Positions 53,366-64,000 of a stretch of DNA of 64,000 bases are shown here, piece after piece (within the stretch, counting starts at the first letter, position 1; every line of letters begins with the position of its first letter). Position numbers and translations under genes: made by a program. The DNA comes from Octopus vulgaris. Its lineage: Eukaryota. Location: positions 3,348,001-3,412,000 of the forward strand of contig OX597825.1 of the NCBI GenBank assembly GCA_951406725.2. Direction: 5' to 3'. The notes under the pieces were generated by a model, which did not search any database, was not told the DNA's origin, and saw only the letters and a list, made by a program, of their open reading frames with translations.

Positions 53366-54835
53366 GTTTCCCAGCAATGATTCTCAAATCGTGCAGAATG
53401 CCTTTTCAAAACCACTACATATTCTCTTCCAGCGTTTTCTTGCAAATGGGAAAGTGCCAAGCAAACTGAAGGACGTAGCAAATCAGAGGCCCAAAATTAT
53501 ACGCCCACCTCCCTGAATTTACACGTCAGCAAATTTATGGAACGGATATTCAGAGGGAAACTAATCGCACTCCTTAAAGAAACCGGCTTGCTGTGTGACA
53601 CCCAGCATGGTTTTTGACCAGGTCGGAGCTGCCTGATACAACTTCTACAGTACTATGACTGGGTATTGATGTAGTTACTCAACAACTCAGATGTTGACAT
53701 AATATACTTTGACTTTGAAAAGGCTTTTGATAAAGTTGATCATAGTATGATATGCCACAAACTGCGCGATTTTGGCATAGCAAGGCAACTTGGAGAGAGG
53801 TTACATGACTTTCGGAAATATAAAAGTGAGGCAGTGGTTGCCAATGAAGCCACCTGAAAAGAAACATAAGTAGTGAATGGTGTTCCACAGGGCACAGTCT
53901 TGGGACAACTGCTTTTCATAATGGCTTTCTCAGATACGCTCTTAGATTCGCTCGCAGAACATACAAATCCCTAGCGATGTTGCACGCTTGCAGCAGGAGT
54001 TGAAATTGAAGATGGGTTGCAGTCAATAAAATGCAGTTTAATGATGGAAAATTTTAAGCTCCACTCTATCAGCACCCAAAACTAAACGAAAAACCGACAG
54101 AGTAAACTGAACCAATGGAGATTACATTCCCAGAAATTAATCGGAGCGTTTCCTGGGTCTGGACATGAGTAATGATATCTCTACCGAAGTGCATATTACC
54201 AAGATGGGGACAAAGTACAGAAGGCTGGATTACTGGATCCTGAGAACCTTCAAAAACAGCGAGAACTAAACCACAATGGTTGTCTGTAAGACATTCATCC
54301 TCAACCCCCTGGACTACTTCTCTCAACTATGGTCAACTTCCAGTATAAAAGTAACATCGAACCACGAAGCAATCCAGCGAAGCTTCACAAACGAGATCAT
54401 CTCGTCGTAACTGCTCAGCTATTGGGAAAGGCTGAAACATCTAAGACTTTACTCCCTGAAGCAAACATGGGAACGATACGTAGTAATGTACATCTGGATA
54501 ACCCTGGAAGGGATTATGCTGCATTTTGGCTAATGAAAGCTACGCAAATGCCACTAGACAGTACCAACAATCCCAACGACGCCTAAGTTTAAAGGGCCTA
54601 CATTTTTTCAATGTTCTCCTAAAAGTCTTATACATCTACACCTGTAGGTGTTTTCAAAACAAAACTGGATCTCTTCCCGCGCGTATCCCCCATGAGCCAA
54701 CCTAGAGGAAGGAAGCGCAAATGAGGGCAGCGTCCACAAACTCCCTTATTCACATATCATAGTAGGGGATTCATAATAACAGTGTAGCAAAACGGCAGTG
54801 CTCCAGCATGGCAGCAGGTTTGACCTGAAAACGAT
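53366..54835 (+). mobile_element. 5'-truncated CR1-group LINE (RT domain and 3' tail), decayed
   Basis: HVSKFMERIFRGKLIALLKETGLLCDTQHGF*PGRSCLIQLLQYYDWV...DVDIIYFDFEKAFDKVDH; NGVPQGTVLGQLLFI; WILRTFK. Ends in a tail shared with SINE family A. Confidence 0.9.
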
Positions 54836-56313
54836 AATAAGTAGTATGTTCATCCGTAAAATATATATATCCCTTAGACTCTTCATTCATCTATTGTTAA
54901 TTTGGATTGGCAAATAAGTATTATATCACATAGACGCTTCACTTATTTTTGAAATGTGAGTTTTTACATGTTAGAAACGGGCCTGTAGCTCCCTTCGCAG
55001 TTCCCCGAAGACTCGGGACCACTTCCTTTGCCTCCGTCGTAAAATCTTTCGCAAGAATTAGCGTTTGGTTTTTATATCCACGCTGTAGATGTTCTTTCTA
55101 GAAGGACACACACACACACATCCAGACACACACACATATATATATATGTATGTGTGTGTGTATGTGTGTGTGTATGTATTTATGTATACATATATAAGTT
55201 TCCGCCGTTTTTTTATTATTTAAAAATGCAAAAATTCCCAAAAAAACGGTGGGCACTTAGTTGACAACCCAACCATATATATATATATATTATATATATA
55301 TATATATAATATATTAAATATATATATACATACATATATATATATATAAATATAATATAATAGAATATAATATAATATATAATATATAATATGTTATATT
55401 ATATTGTAAAAATGTATATCAAATATATAAATGGGGAGAAATTGCTTTAGCATAAAAAAATATATATGCTAAAGGAATGTGTTCTACAGTAGGGTTTGTT
55501 TCTTGGTTTTGAATAGAATATTTTAAAACAAGAATTATTATTTGAGTAAATAATTTCCTATTGCGTCAGCAGTAAATGAGAAACATGAAAAATCAATCCA
55601 AAGAGACATCAGATATTCTATTGCCTCAGAATTTATACACCTTACTGACGTGTCAATGTGTTAACTATTTAACAGGTATTGTATTACACTATCGATTCGT
55701 GTAGATTAACTCACAAAAATACATAACTGTTGATAGTTCTCTTTCCTTCTCAGCAGAATGAAAACTTTTTCCAATTCCAAGTTTTTAGACAATTTTAAAA
55801 TATTGTTCCTATAAGTAAATATATTCTTTTAACTGAAATTGCATATTTAGAGTGGAGGTGTCAATTTTAGTAAGATTATTTAGCAAGAATTTTAGAGTAC
55901 GAAAAGGAAATAAGAGTAGAGAAAAATATTAAGTTATATACTTATAAGTTACAGAGAGCATTGTTGAGCAATTTAAAACTATTCACGGCAAATAATACGG
56001 ATAAATCCCACTGCACAGCATATTGATAATGACTCTTTTAAATTAACCCCTAGTCAATAAAACACTCATGAGTAAAATGTCTGAAACATAAGGTATACAA
56101 AAGCACGCCACAGCGCCTGATTCTTTCCTTCTTTTCTTGTCCAAGCAACTGAAGACGTTCCTATCTTTAACATACATTAACATACATTAACATACGTTAA
56201 CGTTTCTACTCGGTTACAAGCATGCGGCCTAGGTACTCGATTGTAGAATATACCCTTAATATTTTATGCGATTTTCGAAAAAAAAAGGAAAGCGGCAGCA
56301 GATCCTGAGTAAG

Positions 56314-56410
<97 letters not shown>

Positions 56411-56454
56411 TGATAGCTACACATCTTTACCTTTTCTGTTGCTACTAATACAAT

Positions 56455-56797
56455 TGCAGCGGACTCATGGTCGTAGGATTGCGGTTTCGATTCCCAACAC
56501 GGGCTTTGTGTTTATTGAGCGAAAACGCCTACAGCACCACGAGGCTCAGGTAGGGGATGCTGCCGATCCCTGATGTACTCTTTCACCACAACTTTCTCTC
56601 ACACTTCCTTCCTGTTTCTGTTGTACTTGTATTTCTAAGGGCCAGCCATGTCACACTCTGTATCACGCTGATCCTCCCCGAGAACTACGTTAAGGGTACA
56701 CGTGTCTATGGACAGCTCAGTCACTTGCACGCTAATTTCACGAGCAGGCTGTTCCGTTGATCGGATCAACTGCAATCCTCATTGTCGTAACCGACGA
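56455..56797 (+). mobile_element. tRNA-derived SINE, family C
   Basis: B-box-like GGTTTCGATTCCC near the 5' end. The body CCCCGAGAACTACGTTAAGGGTACACGTGTC...CACTTGCACGCTAATTTCACGAGCAGGCTGTTCCG and the end GTCGTAACCGACG are recalled as an Octopus repeat; only one copy in this window. Confidence 0.6.
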
Positions 56798-57169
56798 TAT
56801 ATATATATACACGATGGGCTTCTTTCAGTTTCTGTCAACAAAATCCACTCACAAATCTTTGGTCAAATGGAGGCTAAACGAGGGGCAGACTTGCGGAGAT
56901 TGCCACGGAGGGAGACTACACGCATGTGAGTTAGAAACATGCTTCTCTTATAAAAAAAGTTATGTACAGAAAGTTATACAGAGAATAACGGGAAGAGGGG
57001 AACGTGAAATTCTGAGTGTGAAATTTTGGAGATATTTTTGTGATGTTTTGACTGCTTTAATAATAATAAAATACGTATATATATATATGTTCACAGAAAT
57101 ACACAGGCATATATCGGTGTGTGTGTGTGTTTGTGTTTGTGCGTGCCTGTGTCTATGTTTGTCTATGTG

Positions 57170-57375
57170 TGTCATTGGGCTTGTGTTTCTCCCCCTTACC
57201 ACTTGGAAACCGGTTTTGTCGTGCTTATGTCCCCGTATCATAGCGACTCGTCAAAGTGCCAACTGAATAAGTAGTAGCTTCAAAGATAAGTCTCGGCGTC
57301 GATTTGTTCGTCTAAAACTCCTCATGACGGTGCTCCAGTATGGTCGCAGTCAAGTGAAACATGTAAAAGAATAAA
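57170..57375 (+). mobile_element. SINE family A 3' half
   Basis: TTGTGTTTCTCCCCC...AACCGG...TATGTCCCCGTA...GTCGATTTGTTCG...GACGGTGCTCCAGTATGGTCGCAGTC...GAAAC. Confidence 0.8.
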
Positions 57376-58044
57376 AAATAAAACAATAATGTTATACATA
57401 TTAACACATGCGCGAATGTTGGTGCTGATCTATTGCTTTATATATTTATTATGACGTACATTCGTGCACACGTGCGATTCGTAGACATTTCAAGCGCCGT
57501 CACTGAAATACGTTTGACATTTTTGTGACAAGATGATACCATTTAAGTGGTTATTAATTAAAATTTATCTATTTGGTACCATTCCAATAAAGCCCACAGT
57601 AACACTTCTCATCTATATCTCCATCCGATTCTACCAAGAATTTTGCCAATACTAAATTTTACTACTGTAAATCTATGAAGTCATAACTTTGATTTGAAGA
57701 CTTCTCATGACATATTGACGTCAATCAAATTACAGTTCTGCTTTCATAACCCAAGCCCTTCTGTTGCTTTATCGCCAAGATATTGCCAATTTCTAAACGA
57801 ACCACATAATACTTTCTCGAATTGCATTCAGCCAAAGCGAAGGACATCTACATGTCATGTAAATCTACTTTATACGAATAGCCAACCACTTCCCTTCTAA
57901 GAAGTCATGTAAACCTTCTATAATAGATTTATCAGATCTATCTACTGAACAAATGCAGCAATAAATTTAATATGAATTGCAATATTTTTTGCACATATAC
58001 GACATGTGCATTTAGGTATAATCCTACTCATCATCAAGCAGTCT

Positions 58045-58441
58045 TTATATTTTTCTCTGCAAAAGGCACAAAAGATTTTGGGAGAGGGAGTAGTCTATTA
58101 GATCGGATTCAGTATGCAAGTGGTGCTTCATTTATCGCCCCCGAAAGGATGAAAGGCAAAACCGACCTCGGCGGGATTTGAACTCAGAACGTAGCGGCAG
58201 ACGAAATACCTATTTCTTTACTACCTACAAGGGGCTAAACACAGAGAGAACAAACAAGGACAGACAAACGGATTAAGTCGATTATATCGACCCCAGTGCG
58301 TTACTGGTACCTATTTAATCGACCCAGAAAGCATAAAAGGCAAAGTCGACCTCGGCGGAATTTGATCTCAGAACGTAACTGAAGGCGAAATGCCGCTAAG
58401 CATTCCTCACGGCGTGCTAACGTTTCTGCCAGCTCGCTGCC
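58045..58441 (-). mobile_element. SINE family B: full copy (58211-58441) joined to a partial copy (58045-58210)
   Basis: Minus head GGCAGCGAGCTGGCAGAAACGTTAGCACGCC, then TTCCGCCGAGGTCGACTTTGCCTTT...GGGTCGATTAAATAGGTACCAG. The GCCTTTCATCCTTTCGGGG block resembles the MetaSINE central domain. Confidence 0.9.
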
Positions 58442-61400
58442 TGAACAGTCTTTATATTGGCACATTTCTGTGTAATCCGATAACATATCTATGTAAGCAA
58501 AGATTACACTTTAAGAAATACGAAAAGAAATACGATATACGAGTCATTACTTTTGCGGATTATAGGATCAACAATTTATACTTTGGTGGAATCTGAAAGG
58601 TGATATGGCGGAAAGATACGGAGGTTGATCCACATCAACAAAATAAGTTTTTGTGATTAAGATCATCGTTGTCAAACCACAAGATCACTGCTAAGCTCGA
58701 AGCAGCTGTGCTTGATCTTCATAGACCAACGCTTATTTTCAACATTACATTAGAATGTGTAAACAGAAGTTCGACACTAATTCCTTCATTTATACTTGCA
58801 TACAAGTATACATACATATATGCATGATTTATGCACCTCTGAAAGTAAAATATTTATTAGGCTTAAATAGTGATTACATACATACACATAAGTTTATTGA
58901 CAAGTTAATTTCTTCCTCTCTTGTACGATTATTTTTATTTAGTTCTTTATTCAGAGGTCAAAATCTTTACGTTTTATGAATACACTTCGTGTAATAACGA
59001 ATTTATGAATACATTAATTTTACCTATCCGCAATATATGTACATCCTACCTCATGTATGGTAATATATATTAATATATCCCAGTTTTTCATCTCATAACT
59101 TGTATTCATCTTAAAATTGAATTTTTCTATTCTGCCTCTCTTTTTTCTATATCCTTCGCAAAATAATCATTTGTAACAGGGGTAAATTCTACACGCATAA
59201 TATAAGTCTTGATTATTTTGTTTGGTTCACATTCATGTACAGCATACACTGCAACACCAATCTAGACCTGTCCATACCAACCGTATAACAATTCGTCTTT
59301 TAGTCCGAAAGGATGATTTATTTTTCATGCATAAATTTGGCAACGATTGCTTCAGCAAACGTGGATTGCAAAGAGCTTTCTTGCGAAATACAAGCAAATT
59401 TGCGAACACGATTCAATGTAGTTTCCAAATAGAATGTATAAGCATACGTTACGATGACTTACACGCTTATGTTCTACAAATGGTAGTTGTCATTTCAATA
59501 ACAATGTTAACCCTGTTTTGAGAATTCTATGGAAAATGGAAAATACTCTTTCGAGCCAGACAAGTGTTGCCGTTATCTAAATCAAGTTACTTTTGGATTG
59601 AGATTTATACTGGAATACAACCATTATAAAACAAGTTTAATAAATAACACATAATTTACTAGGAACAGGGAACAGAAAAATACATCGTTCTCACTTACAA
59701 TCAAATAAAACATTGCTTTTGCTTGGCTAAAAGCAACTCAATATTTTAACGTGATTTAAATATCTTAAGACAAAATCAATGAGATAAATTTATCATGTAG
59801 AAAATTTAACTAAAGGAAGTCATATATAATTTTAAAGAATTTTTTCAACTTGAACTAATTTTTATGCGCTTTGTTTTTCAGTTAAGTCCTAATCCAGAAA
59901 TCTATAATTATAATTTAATTATCGTAACAATCTGAGGTTTCCTTTTCTTTGCCTTTAAGAACCTTGAGTAAAATTGGAAGCAGATTTGTTTGCAATATTC
60001 AGTCTGTTTGCAAGCTTGACAACTTAAATTGTATCATGCTGAACCTTTTGCAACGAATGGTCAATGCCTGATGGAATGTGATGGAATGCAATTGAGCGTT
60101 TGTAATGAATTGTTATATCTGATGAAATAGAAACATTTGCGTAAATTAACCACAGGTTTTTCAGGCGCGATTGCCTTATATACTGTACAATATCATTAAC
60201 AGAGTTATAACAGGAAATCGCAGAATTAAATGTCATTCTGCTTCAGTAATACGTAGTAAATACAAGTCTACGGTAGAAATTTGTAAGTTTACCTCCTGTA
60301 AGAATTAAAGTATCTCGAATATTCCTACATTTGTTATGTGTTTGTGCGGAACAAAAGCAACGTTGCCTTTTTCACATCAGTTTACATATCCCTAAAAGGA
60401 CAATATTTTAGTTACATTTTTCCCTATCTTCAGAGGGTGATTATCGGAATCAAATGCTTCATAAACTTTTCATAGTACATAGCACTTTTGAGAATCTTCT
60501 CGGCATTGCAAATTACTAGTCGTTTTTTGTACAAAAAGAAAAAAAAAACAGCGGGGACATTTTAAGTATTGAGGTCATATATTCTGGGTTTAATTTCAAA
60601 CTTTCGACCTTGCATAATTCGATAAAAACAATAATATGCCATAAAACAATAATGATTCTTTTATTTGTTGTTATATTCCTTGTCGTAATATATAATTCAT
60701 TTATTCATTTTTTTTTCTTATATAAAAGGTCTCATGTTTACATTAAAAGATCGAAAAGATTGCAATAAAGCGATATTGTCTTTGTATGCTGTGTTTGTTC
60801 TTCACCATCACATGCTATTATATATGCCTACCATATATTTTAAGAGATGGACAACTATTTAAATCTAACATCCAATTATGTCAAGAAAGAAAATATTGCG
60901 CTCAATTGATATCATTCATACTTCAATGTTTTCATGTGATTGATATTCATCTTTTCCTGGCAAGGATACGATTTTAGCATGAGTATAACATTTTTATTAT
61001 CTTATTTGCTTGTTAATCTTTTTATTCATAACGTGAGATGGAGACATAATATTTCCACCGTCTTTGAGAGTCTAAGCAATGGGAGGCAGGAAGGAATTAC
61101 TATTGAATGATATTTTTCTATGATATGTTTCGGTGATATACAACGTTGTTTTCGGTTTTGTATTCTTTGTTTCTGTTAGTTGTTTAAGAGAGGAAAAATA
61201 CTGAAGCGTCTTCGGATCAGTTTGATGCTAACTTGATGCCGTTTGAATTCTTATGTATGTAAAAAACGTACAGAATGGCATTAATGTAGTGAAACAAAAC
61301 ATGAATGAATTTTTTGATGTCCTCCTCAATCATTTTCACGAATTCATATTTTGCGGTGTTACATGAGATATAAAATGCAAATTATTGGGCGAAGGTGGTA

Positions 61401-61599
61401 GCTATATTATCGTTGATAAAGCGTATGTGATGTAAAACAGGATTTGTGCTTCTACCACTGTCATATTCTGTGTTATTAGCATTGTACAATTTGCGTATGT
61501 TATGGTCATGATATACATTAATGAGAATAGCATTTTATTCTCTTAAGGAATAATAGAATAAAACATCCAACGACATCGTGAAGAACAAATGTGTATATG

Positions 61600-61728
61600 A
61601 GGAAGAGGAGGATGAAAGGGAAGAAGAAGAAGAAGAAGAAGAAGAAGAAGAAGAAGAAGAAGAAGAAGAAGAAGAAGAAGAAGAAGAAGAAGAAGAAGAA
61701 GAAGAAGAAGAAGAAGAAGAAGAAGAAG
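61600..61728. repeat. (GAA)n microsatellite
   Basis: Directly visible pure GAA run of more than 100 bp. Confidence 0.95.
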
Positions 61729-62247
61729 ACCTTTATCAAAGGTGCCAGAGCAATAAATTGGAGAAGGAGATATTTGAACCAATTTATTGAATTTATTTTA
61801 CGAAAGCAGAAATCAAACGTGGAGAGCCGGGGTGAAACATAACCAGGAAGTTCGTTCACAACATTTGAGCAAAAGCGTTTCTAGAATTCACATAAATCCT
61901 TCTCATTCTAGACTTTGGGTTGCGGCTCCAGAGAAAACATTCTTAAGCAACTTATATAATTATGATAAACACCATGAAGCAGCAGAATGATGATCGAGAC
62001 GGTGATGATGAGGAGGAGGGGAACAGTCGAGGATGGGAATCGAATGAAATCAGCACATAGCCAAAAAGAAAATTCTTTCTGTTGCAAGTAATATGTCAGT
62101 GAGTAGTACAAGCTGGAGTATGTGACATTGATAACTGTTCATGGAAAAAGCAAACATACATCAATAAAGCAGATGTTACAGTCGTTAAATCTCGCTCATA
62201 TTACTCACGTTCGAATAATTAAATGTTTACTATTATTTAATGTAAAA

Positions 62248-63355
62248 TACAGGGCTTTGGAAAAGTAGGTTGGCAAATTTTATTTTTATTTTTCAGGACC
62301 ATGAGAGGACATGGCGTGGATTTTGACACATAAAGATTGCAAACGGACACATGGGGAAGTCCTTGATATTTGAAAATGCAGACACCGTGAGGTAGTAGTG
62401 GATATAAACCTTTCACTCCGACCCGCGATCACAATAATTGATTTATAAAATTAGCACTGAATTTTAAAAAACAGGTTCCGTAAGTAACGCCACAAAATCC
62501 GGACCGCAATGTGCAGTTACCACGGAGGAAAACGAGATGTAGGCAGCATACTCGCTTGTGAATAACTCAATGGAGTCTGCTAAATAATTATTGTCTTAGC
62601 CTTGCATGACATGAAAAAACTGAACTTGAAATGACACCGGTCTTGCTAAACTAACCAAAGATGACCCAGATTGCATAATGCATTTCGCTTAAATCATGGT
62701 AAAATATTGTCAAAATCCCACGATTTCTGTACATGATTGTTTGTTCCGATCAGGAAGTTTTCAAGTTGCCAGGTCATGTCAACAGGCATAACTGTGTTTG
62801 CTGGTATGACACCCACCCCGCCACAAAATAATAACTGAGATGAATTAGCGGGATATCAACCTTTGGACCGATCTGTTGTGATCTGCGATCCTTGAAATTT
62901 CTATTTTGAGAAGTCGTTTAATGTTAACAAATGACTTGTCATTTTGTGGAAAGTGGAGGTGTCCAGAATTCAGGATATGCCCAAATTTGGTGAACCATTG
63001 TTCCACACAATAGGGCGTGACTTCATCATGCAATTCAAGTGCGCAATTTACTGGATGTAAGTTTCCTGGGGACGCTACTGAATTAATTGTCCCTTTCGTT
63101 CCCCACGCATAAACCCAATGCATTTATTTTTCTGCGATGCTCTGAAAGCGAATGATTTCGAACGAAATGCACATACATTTCCAAATTCGACTGAGTAAAA
63201 TAAAGGGGCATCTCACGCCAGTGCTCTACTGTAAGTTGCAGAAGGGGTCATATGCGTGCCAATGTTGACGGCGGATACCTCAATCTCATAAAAGGATCAA
63301 CAATTGTTTTGGGATTGGAAAAATTGGTAAATACCTATTTTTTCACAACCTTGTA
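62248..63355 (+). mobile_element. Decayed full-length Tc1/mariner-superfamily transposon (DUF4817-type transposase)
   Basis: TA-flanked TIRs TACAGGGCTTTGGAAAAGTAGGT and (reverse complement) TACAAGGTTGTGAAAAAATAGGT. Transposase IVCSDQEVFKLPGHVNRHNCVCW (cf. 'WSDEA.F.L.G.VNRHNC.YW') and CPFRSPRINPMHLFFCDALK (cf. 'WPPRSPDLTP.DFF.WG.LK'). Confidence 0.88.
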
Positions 63356-63622
63356 TATTGTCTGTAAAAAAATTAAAGGATGTAAAACATCTACATTTGC
63401 AAGATTGTAGTTACACACGCACACACACATATACATACACATACACATGCATATATATATAAATATATATATATATACATACATACATACATACATACAT
63501 ACATGCATACATACATACATACATACATACATACATACATACATACATACATACATACATACATACATGTATATATACATATATATACACACGTTTTTTT
63601 CTCTCCTTGTTTTATCGTGTCC

Positions 63623-63658
63623 CTTTTTGTAGAAGAGCGTAGGCTCGAAACGTAAAAG
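63623..63658 (+). ncRNA. Minimal type-I hammerhead-like motif in a roughly 150-bp element (63591-63742) between microsatellites
   Basis: CUUU-UUGUAGA-A-GAGC(GUAG)GCUC-GAAA-CG-UA-AAAG: 4-bp stem I, 4-bp stem II, palindromic ACGU stem III, GUA site. The first core box deviates at two positions from CUGANGA. Confidence 0.55.
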
Positions 63659-63739
63659 CCTATTCCTGAGCGTTATACTAATACATATGTTTGTTTTGTA
63701 CTCCACCTGTCTTCGTCTTTTGTTTTTTTCGTAAACTCT

Positions 63740-63807
<68 letters not shown>

Positions 63808-64000
63808 GCGTATGCGTTCATATATACATACGTAGCCCCACTCACACAAAAACATAAAACCGCATATTATTGTCTACTTTTACACCTCTTATCTTGACAG
63901 AATAAAGCTTGTAAAGTTATTCATTTAGACAAGGTTCTAAATGTGTGCGCCTGTGTGTGTGTGTACATGTGTGTGTGTGTTTGCGCAAGCGTGTATCTGT

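Overview
AT-rich, microsatellite-dense animal DNA. The SINE families look like those I remember from Octopus (coleoid cephalopod) genomes; this is recognition from memory, not a database result. The window holds no complete protein-coding gene, and almost every ORF in the supplied track is a translated microsatellite or a decayed transposon. It may be the 5'-UTR introns or upstream region of a minus-strand gene whose coding exon begins at the left edge (acceptor at 76-78, open frame MSMKTYDIIPSTCGNWLISFI...), with candidate non-coding exons at 19821-19917 and 48195-48383. Recognisable transposon relics: a Penelope-like RT plus GIY-YIG element (230-1190), four Tc1/mariner copies, a Gypsy element with an intact 342-bp LTR and PBS abutting an R4/Dong-type LINE, further R4/Dong pieces (one inside (TAA)n), a CR1-group LINE whose 3' tail is shared with a local SINE, and several tRNA-derived SINE families. 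The most interesting signal is a set of short, largely unrelated elements, mostly next to (TA)n tracts, that each fold into a type-I hammerhead-ribozyme-like motif with a variant core (17572, 22344, 27373/30115, 49543, 63623). Two of them start with a fold-back palindrome with a 1-nt loop just 5' of the core, including a near-perfect 212-bp hairpin. This fits Penelope terminal repeats or non-autonomous retrozyme-like elements. Catalytic activity is not shown.
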